From a virus, in the IMG/VR virus record IMGVR_UViG_3300022680_000058, positions 64,001-128,000 of that record: a DNA stretch of 64,000 bases; one strand, given 5' to 3'. This document shows, piece by piece, positions 58,411 to 64,000 of this stretch; the first letter of the stretch is position 1, and each line of letters opens with the position of its first letter. The notes beneath the pieces are model-generated. The model saw only the letters and a program-made list of their open reading frames with translations. It was not told the origin of the DNA and searched no databases. Made by a program: the position numbers and the translations under genes.

Positions 58411-58462
58411 CCCTGTCCAAAGTTTCTTTGGGGGACTCCCCATAATCAAGGCTGGTGGGCAA

Positions 58463-59035
58463 TCAATTGCCCGGTCTCTTCCTCTTCAGATGACGAGCTC
58501 TAGAGTTCCTGCTGTGCAAAGCGTCACGAACCACTTCGACATCAACAACTTCAGGCTCCCACACTTGACTCTCGACCTCGACCCTCACGATCAGAACAGG
58601 AATGAATCCGAAAACACTCGGCTCATGAACATGGAATTCCCCGTCTGTCCACCTGAGGTTGATCCCCTTTGCCTTGTTTTTCTCTCCATCGATCTTGTAT
58701 CCAACGAGTTTCACACTGACGACATCAATAGCCTTGTCGCCACACCCGCCATATTCCAGACCAAACATTGTCTCCCTTTCCAGCTTCGCATTTCCAACGA
58801 TGCTCTGGAAAAGGTCTTTCGCCTTTCTGATCAGGTCAAAATCATGGAATTCCCCACCTTCTCCGTCTCCGACTAGACGAACCTCAGAGACATCTTGTGG
58901 GTAGTCCGTCATCGCCACAAGTCCATGATCCAACTCGATCCTGTCGAAGTGGAACCCATTCTCACAGAGCCACGCTTCAACCTCCGGGATCGAGAACATC
59001 AAATCAATCGTCTGGCAGTTTTTCACCGCAAACAT
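58463..59035 (-). CDS. Hypothetical protein, paralog of 59087-59494
   Basis: DLMFSIPEVEAWLCENGFHFDRIEL aligns with DLEFSRDEIHSHLMECGIKFDEVEL. Confidence 0.6.
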   Translation of the reverse strand: MFAVKNCQTIDLMFSIPEVEAWLCENGFHFDRIELDHGLVAMTDYPQDVSEVRLVGDGEGGEFHDFDLIRKAKDLFQSIVGNAKLERETMFGLEYGGCGDKAIDVVSVKLVGYKIDGEKNKAKGINLRWTDGEFHVHEPSVFGFIPVLIVRVEVESQVWEPEVVDVEVVRDALHSRNSRARHLKRKRPGN

Positions 59036-59086
59036 ACTCCTGCTCCTTTCGCCCGAATCAAGGGCAACTACTCCTACTCAATCACG

Positions 59087-59494
59087 TCAACGGTCTAGGA
59101 CTGAGAATGCCTCTGGGGCTATACCGCCGAGCACTCCGAACTCGACCGAGACAAACACATCTGCTCGACCTTTTACACGACGAACGCCGACCACGGAAAA
59201 TGTATCACCGAATGAATCCCCTGGCTCACCTATCGACTCGAACTCACCAGGGTTTGACTTGATGACATCGGCGAAGAACATGGCGGCATCAATCCTCGTC
59301 TCAACAACGAACATCTCTGCAAGCCCATGGGCTTTCCGAAGAAGGAGGCCATCAATCGCGATATCCCAACCCTTCTCTGCCACAGGGTAGAGCTCCACTT
59401 CGTCAAATTTGATACCACACTCCATCAGATGAGAATGAATCTCGTCCCTGCTGAACTCCAAGTCCAGCCGTTTTCCAATGTTGCGAACATGCAT
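59087..59494 (-). CDS. Hypothetical protein, paralog of 58463-59035
   Basis: Aligns with the neighbour. Confidence 0.6.
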   Translation of the reverse strand: MHVRNIGKRLDLEFSRDEIHSHLMECGIKFDEVELYPVAEKGWDIAIDGLLLRKAHGLAEMFVVETRIDAAMFFADVIKSNPGEFESIGEPGDSFGDTFSVVGVRRVKGRADVFVSVEFGVLGGIAPEAFSVLDR

Positions 59495-59517
59495 TGATCA
59501 AACCCCTTCCCACCCCA

Positions 59518-60165
59518 TCAGTTCCGATACGGACTCGATGTCTCTGGAGGGGCGAACTCTTTTGGTTCCTCCCACCCAGCAACGTGATGACAATTCGGAC
59601 AGATGATGGCGCAATACGGCCTCGGTTTCCATAGATTCCACCATGGGCGCCTCACCCTCTGACTCATACCCCTAACGAGTGGCGTGTGTGGATCGCTGTC
59701 CTCACCTGGATGGAGTTCGAACCCACAAAATGGACACGTCCCGAACGGAAGCTCTTGGCCCCTCAAACGATCGCATTCATCAGGCATAGAAAATGGCGAT
59801 ACGAGCTCTATACTGGCCACATCGCCCCAGCCCGTTTGGACGGTGACAGGCCTTGTATGAGTCGCCTTTTTGAGTGTTTTGAGGAACGAGAGGATATTAG
59901 GGACACGACCAGTCCTCACAATACTGGACCTATCAAACAGCATCCCCTGTGGGTTCAGGTTCAGTTTGATCGAAACCTCTGGCGCCTTCTCTCTGAGCTC
60001 TATCAACCTGTTGTGATCTTGGATGCCTTTCACAACATGAGGGACCTCTCGGTCCATCCTCTCAATCATCTCGCTGATAACGCCTCTCGCCCTGAAAATC
60101 TCATCAGGAGACATCATCTTGTGGCTCATGATACCGCCACACACGAAATGGGGGTAAACGTCCAC
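59518..60165 (-). CDS. Hypothetical protein with a C-terminal Zn ribbon
   Basis: CPFCG...CPNCH. Confidence 0.6.
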   Translation of the reverse strand: MDVYPHFVCGGIMSHKMMSPDEIFRARGVISEMIERMDREVPHVVKGIQDHNRLIELREKAPEVSIKLNLNPQGMLFDRSSIVRTGRVPNILSFLKTLKKATHTRPVTVQTGWGDVASIELVSPFSMPDECDRLRGQELPFGTCPFCGFELHPGEDSDPHTPLVRGMSQRVRRPWWNLWKPRPYCAIICPNCHHVAGWEEPKEFAPPETSSPYRN

Positions 60166-60398
60166 ACAGCCACGGGTCCATCAGAACAGCCCATCCTTCC
60201 CATCATGGCAGAAATCACTAGGAACCTCCAACACTCTCATCGCTGAATGCTGTGTCCAATCCATCTGTCAATGTGGTCTGTAGACCGCACCACCGCATCG
60301 AATCACAATCCTTCCACAATGATAGTGCGTCTAAACTGCTCTGGAGGGTGCCAACCACATCGCCAAGATGGCGACGAAATAGGACAAGTCAATGCCGG

Positions 60399-61040
60399 TT
60401 ATGGAGAAAGGATTTCGATAGCCTTGTCGAGGTCTGCTCGGACCATGCCATTCTCCGTCACCGGCTGGACATGCCGACCCCTAATGACATTCAGACTCAC
60501 GCGGTCCGGAAGGACTCCTTCGCTTACACCGTATGGCCAAAGTTTCTTGTCATCGATGACCACGAAACCCTTGACCCACCGATTCCTGACCAGCCACCGA
60601 TGAATTTCAGAAATCCTCGGAAGCGTTGTGTGCTCTGTCGCCCCAATCACCCACCCCTCGAAACCCTTCTCTCGAAGAACGTTTTCCATGAACCTCGGAC
60701 GGCCGTTGAGACGCCACCTCGATATCATCACAAACCCGAGTGCCTCATCCATGTACACCTCCGCAACACGCCTTGCGAGCTCATTGAGGAGCTTCACAGG
60801 TTCTGGGTCGACATGTTCTGCCCACCACTCCGCAGAGCCGTAGTGAGCTGCCTCAAGCTCCTCCTGTGGGTCTCTGGCAAGAATCTCACCGTCTGGATAG
60901 AGCTCGTCAAAAAATGCCTTCGAGTTCAGCACCCCATCAACGTCCAGAAAACAGATGTAACGAACATGACGAAAGTCTCTTTGAGGGGAATCCTCCTGTA
61001 TGATGCAAGGAACCTGAGACGGCATGTCAACCACACCCAT
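60399..61040 (-). CDS. HAD-superfamily protein (Swiss-Army-knife RNA-repair type)
   Basis: FLDVDGVLN, ISRWR, R..EI..W and VIDD. Confidence 0.8.
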   Translation of the reverse strand: MGVVDMPSQVPCIIQEDSPQRDFRHVRYICFLDVDGVLNSKAFFDELYPDGEILARDPQEELEAAHYGSAEWWAEHVDPEPVKLLNELARRVAEVYMDEALGFVMISRWRLNGRPRFMENVLREKGFEGWVIGATEHTTLPRISEIHRWLVRNRWVKGFVVIDDKKLWPYGVSEGVLPDRVSLNVIRGRHVQPVTENGMVRADLDKAIEILSP

Positions 61041-61458
61041 TCATATCATCGGGGACAGAGACCCACACCGGAGAGACCGTCAAAAACTTGCAGGGAAGGT
61101 TCTCGAAGTTGATCTTCGACTCTGCGATCCACCCTCTAACGAACGTGTGCCCACTCCTGCACTGTTCCGGCTCTGGTGGATACTCCAGCACTTCGAGCCA
61201 ATCGAAGACCATCGAGATCAGAGTCTTCGTACTCGCCCTACACGGGAAAACTGTCAAACAGTCAGACTTCAATATCGAATCAGGATCGCCAGCATAGAAC
61301 CTGATCGAGTTCCCCCTTGTATCGACAGCCGTCGCACTGAACTCCCTAAGGTCAGACGGCCACCTATCTCCCCATGGCCTTCTCGATACGAGATCGACAA
61401 CCCGCTCGAAATCATGCTTCCCATGCGAGCGAACCTCCACATAACTTTCATCAATCAT
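61027..61458 (-). CDS. Hypothetical protein, paralog of 62763-63140
   Basis: FPC...WL...EYPP.P...GW...F.TVSP.W is shared by both. Confidence 0.65.
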   Translation of the reverse strand: MIDESYVEVRSHGKHDFERVVDLVSRRPWGDRWPSDLREFSATAVDTRGNSIRFYAGDPDSILKSDCLTVFPCRASTKTLISMVFDWLEVLEYPPEPEQCRSGHTFVRGWIAESKINFENLPCKFLTVSPVWVSVPDDMNGCG

Positions 61459-61510
61459 CTTTTGCTCCTTCTCCTTGTCAGCCGTGTTCTCGTCGCGTAT
61501 CGACCATCAC

Positions 61511-62581
61511 TCAATCAACATCTCTCTCATCAGGTGGAAACGCACCAGGAGGGTTCTGAGCTGCCAGAAACGCAAATTGAGACAGGTCTGGGTTATCCCC
61601 ATTGGTCTCCGAAATGTGAATCAAAGACCTCCTGAGGTGTTCAATTGTCTCCTTTTGCTCCTGAGGCACTCTGAACATACTCATACTCTCGGCATATTTG
61701 AGTGCGTCAGAGAGCTTTTTGTCCGCCATTTCGATCTGGTCAGGAACCACATGCCCATAGACCTCAGACTCCTCGTCGTTTCTAAGAGCAAGAATCGCCT
61801 GACGAATACTCCAAATCACACGATCGAAGACCAATTTCTCCCTCTCGATTCGGGACTCTTCCATCGCCTCAGAAAAGCTCTTACCACCAGGGACGTGGAT
61901 ACGCCCGTCATTGTCACACGTAGCCACGACAGGTATTGACGTCTTAGGGAAAGGTGCTCCAGAGACACCTGGAAGGGTGTCACCAGACGAAAGATGAATA
62001 TCCGATGACGACGTATTGGTGATTGTCAGACGAGGGTCTCTTATATCTCCCTTATCGACCCAGATGATACCATCCTCGGTGATCCTGCAAATGTTCTGTC
62101 CAAGCCACTGCCAAAGCTGCGGAATGTTCTCCACCATGGCTGTCGCCCACAAATGAACAGGACTCCTCTCGCCCTTTCTAGGACTCCCCACCACAACAGA
62201 AGGAACACCACGACCCAAGGCATAGGCCCAGTCAGCCGTAGCATCGACTCCACAAGGCAAGAACATGATCACGAGATCCGCCGTATCGAGGTGCCTCTTG
62301 TTCTCCTCGACGTCAGCTCTCCAATCCGGACGGTCCAGATACGTCCCATAGATGTGACGATCCGGATTGAACTCCTCTGGGAACTTTTCCGGTGCGAGCT
62401 CCGGAGCGGTCCGACAGCTCGGGTCCGTGAAGTCATAGGGCTCGAACCCATCCTCCCTCAACATCTCGGCGAGAGCTCGGACCTGCTCACGATTCTTCCA
62501 CGACGACGCGATATAGACCTCTGGCTTTCCGTTTTTCATCATAACCTCACACGTATCGCACTTTCGATACGTAGCCCTCAT
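61511..62581 (-). CDS. Nucleoside 2-deoxyribosyltransferase-like N-terminal domain with an unknown C-terminus
   Basis: VYIASSWKN, YDF and ADLVIMFLPCG...WAYALG. Confidence 0.65.
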   Translation of the reverse strand: MRATYRKCDTCEVMMKNGKPEVYIASSWKNREQVRALAEMLREDGFEPYDFTDPSCRTAPELAPEKFPEEFNPDRHIYGTYLDRPDWRADVEENKRHLDTADLVIMFLPCGVDATADWAYALGRGVPSVVVGSPRKGERSPVHLWATAMVENIPQLWQWLGQNICRITEDGIIWVDKGDIRDPRLTITNTSSSDIHLSSGDTLPGVSGAPFPKTSIPVVATCDNDGRIHVPGGKSFSEAMEESRIEREKLVFDRVIWSIRQAILALRNDEESEVYGHVVPDQIEMADKKLSDALKYAESMSMFRVPQEQKETIEHLRRSLIHISETNGDNPDLSQFAFLAAQNPPGAFPPDERDVD

Positions 62582-62762
62582 AGCCCTCGAATACGACGAA
62601 CCTGATATCCTCGCCGCCCTCGACCACGATCATGTCCCACATGTACGGGTGGTGACAGCTCGGGCACTCGCCCTCGTTACCACAAATCGGATTGGCCTCG
62701 GGCGGATCGAATTCATGCCCACACTTCGGGCACTCGGTTTCCTTAGAGCCCATAACAAGACC

Positions 62763-63140
62763 TCACTTGTGGTGCATCGCCCACTCAGGCGAAACCGTCA
62801 TGAATGCGGAACTCCAGCCGTCAGCCTCCTCAGCAATTAGATGCCACCCCTTGGTGCAATGGCCATCAATTCCCGGATCTGGTGGGTATTCCACCGAATC
62901 GAGCCATTCCACAATCACCGACACAAGAGCTTCACCCTTGATTTCACAAGGGAAGGGTGTGATATTCTTCTCTTTTGCTCTCGCCTCGTCATAGTGCCAA
63001 TAGAAGATGAGAAGCGGCTTCTTTTTTCCATCGATGAGTGTTGATTGAGCATACGCCACAGCACCTTTGTCAATAAGCTTCATCGCCATATAAAGGTGCT
63101 CACGTCCCCTTGAAACAATCTCCACCTTGAAGTTGTCCAT
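62763..63140 (-). CDS. Hypothetical protein, paralog of 61027-61458
   Basis: Aligns with 61027-61458. Confidence 0.65.
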   Translation of the reverse strand: MDNFKVEIVSRGREHLYMAMKLIDKGAVAYAQSTLIDGKKKPLLIFYWHYDEARAKEKNITPFPCEIKGEALVSVIVEWLDSVEYPPDPGIDGHCTKGWHLIAEEADGWSSAFMTVSPEWAMHHK

Positions 63141-63458
63141 CTACTTCTACTCCTTCGCTTTCTTCATACTCTCCATGACTTCCGCCCGAGGATCAGGATC
63201 GTCGCCTTTCGACATTCGGTCTGAAAGCATCCCTCGTGTGGACCAGTTACGACCACACCGGAAATCCACCTTCTTCACAACCTCGACGCTCCATTTGTGA
63301 GAGGTCATCATGGTCATGTCGAGGTTGACAATCCCACAGACCCTGATGATGTAGTTATCGAGAGAGAGTCTCCCATCGTCATACTCATGAGCAACATCTC
63401 TGATCTTGTCGAGCTCCTCACGAGTCACATATAGCTTTCTCGGGGACAAGAACATCGA

Positions 63459-63983
63459 CTACTCCTCCAACGGCTCGTCTCCATGTGATTGTTGAACGTC
63501 TCTGAGGTAGCAGATCGCAACGGACGTAATGGTCATCCCGCTTTCGATGACATTGACCTCGTCTTTGGACTCCGAAGGATTCCCATACGCCACACATGCC
63601 CCGGCAAGGGCGAGCTCCACAGACCGCGTCGGGCCGGAAGCACTCGCCAACAATCCATGGTATATCGGTGGGTTGAATAAAGCGTGAGGCATCGTCTCGA
63701 CAGTCACCCTCACGACACCATTATCGTCAATGTCGATCTCCTTGAGCTCTCCAATGACGTCACGAATCTTCGGATCGACCACACACTTGTAGACCGTCAC
63801 CGGAATGAACGAATTCCCCTTCGCTCGCTTGACCGCTTCTTCGAGAGCCCCCTTGGTGTAGACGACATTGTTGGTGTTCGGAACGCCAGCCTTATACAGA
63901 ATCCCCGAGACTGTGAATGTATCTTCGCCAGGCTTCTCTTCGTCCCGATTCCAGGTGACCTCTGCCACACGACTTGGCATCAA
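63459..63983 (-). CDS. Degenerate prohead-protease-like protein
   Basis: GILYKAGVPNTNNVVYTKGALEEAV resembles the T4 gp21 family N.NGRxY block; no ELxHP or SSRG catalytic motif seen. Confidence 0.45.
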   Translation of the reverse strand: MMPSRVAEVTWNRDEEKPGEDTFTVSGILYKAGVPNTNNVVYTKGALEEAVKRAKGNSFIPVTVYKCVVDPKIRDVIGELKEIDIDDNGVVRVTVETMPHALFNPPIYHGLLASASGPTRSVELALAGACVAYGNPSESKDEVNVIESGMTITSVAICYLRDVQQSHGDEPLEE

Positions 63984-64000
63984 TCGCTCTTGGACAGCGG

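Noticed and set aside
1-64000. Genome-wide TAG recoding
   Set aside because: Long genes are intact in the standard code and TAG is used as a translationally coupled stop; I noticed only one internal TAG.

Overview
The window is a segment of a large dsDNA tailed phage genome, likely jumbo-sized. It is densely coded, uses the standard genetic code and reads mostly on the minus strand. Recognisable modules: (1) packaging, with the terminase large subunit N-terminus at the left edge and a candidate small subunit; (2) replication and recombination (RuvC-like, solo Cas4-like exonuclease, Hjc-like resolvase, RecA, UvsW-like SF2 helicase, SSB, primase, DnaB-like helicase, DnaC-like loader, UvrD); (3) GroES, an amidase endolysin, two ParB-family genes (one fused to an MT-A70 methyltransferase), KhpA, a complete tmRNA and an RCC1 lipoprotein whose repeats suggest a Myxococcota/deltaproteobacterial host. 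The most unusual signals are these. (a) A ~1.3 kb promoter-driven non-coding array (47930-49283) in which three tRNA-like RNAs without a canonical anticodon arm alternate with closed-stem ncRNAs. (b) A separate ~180-nt RNA with a 25-bp wobble-rich stem, driven by a near-identical promoter. (c) A family of probable capsid-internal cargo proteins sharing a ~27-aa leader ending in L-x-E plus a PxPxxMHRR motif, fused to zincin and ART-like domains. (d) Three families of dispersed palindromes, one copy lying inside a ParB gene. (e) A LAGLIDADG intein in an apparently non-enzymatic protein. (f) An in-frame amber codon in a TGT/DpdA-like gene. All family calls come from motif recognition by eye; no searches were run.
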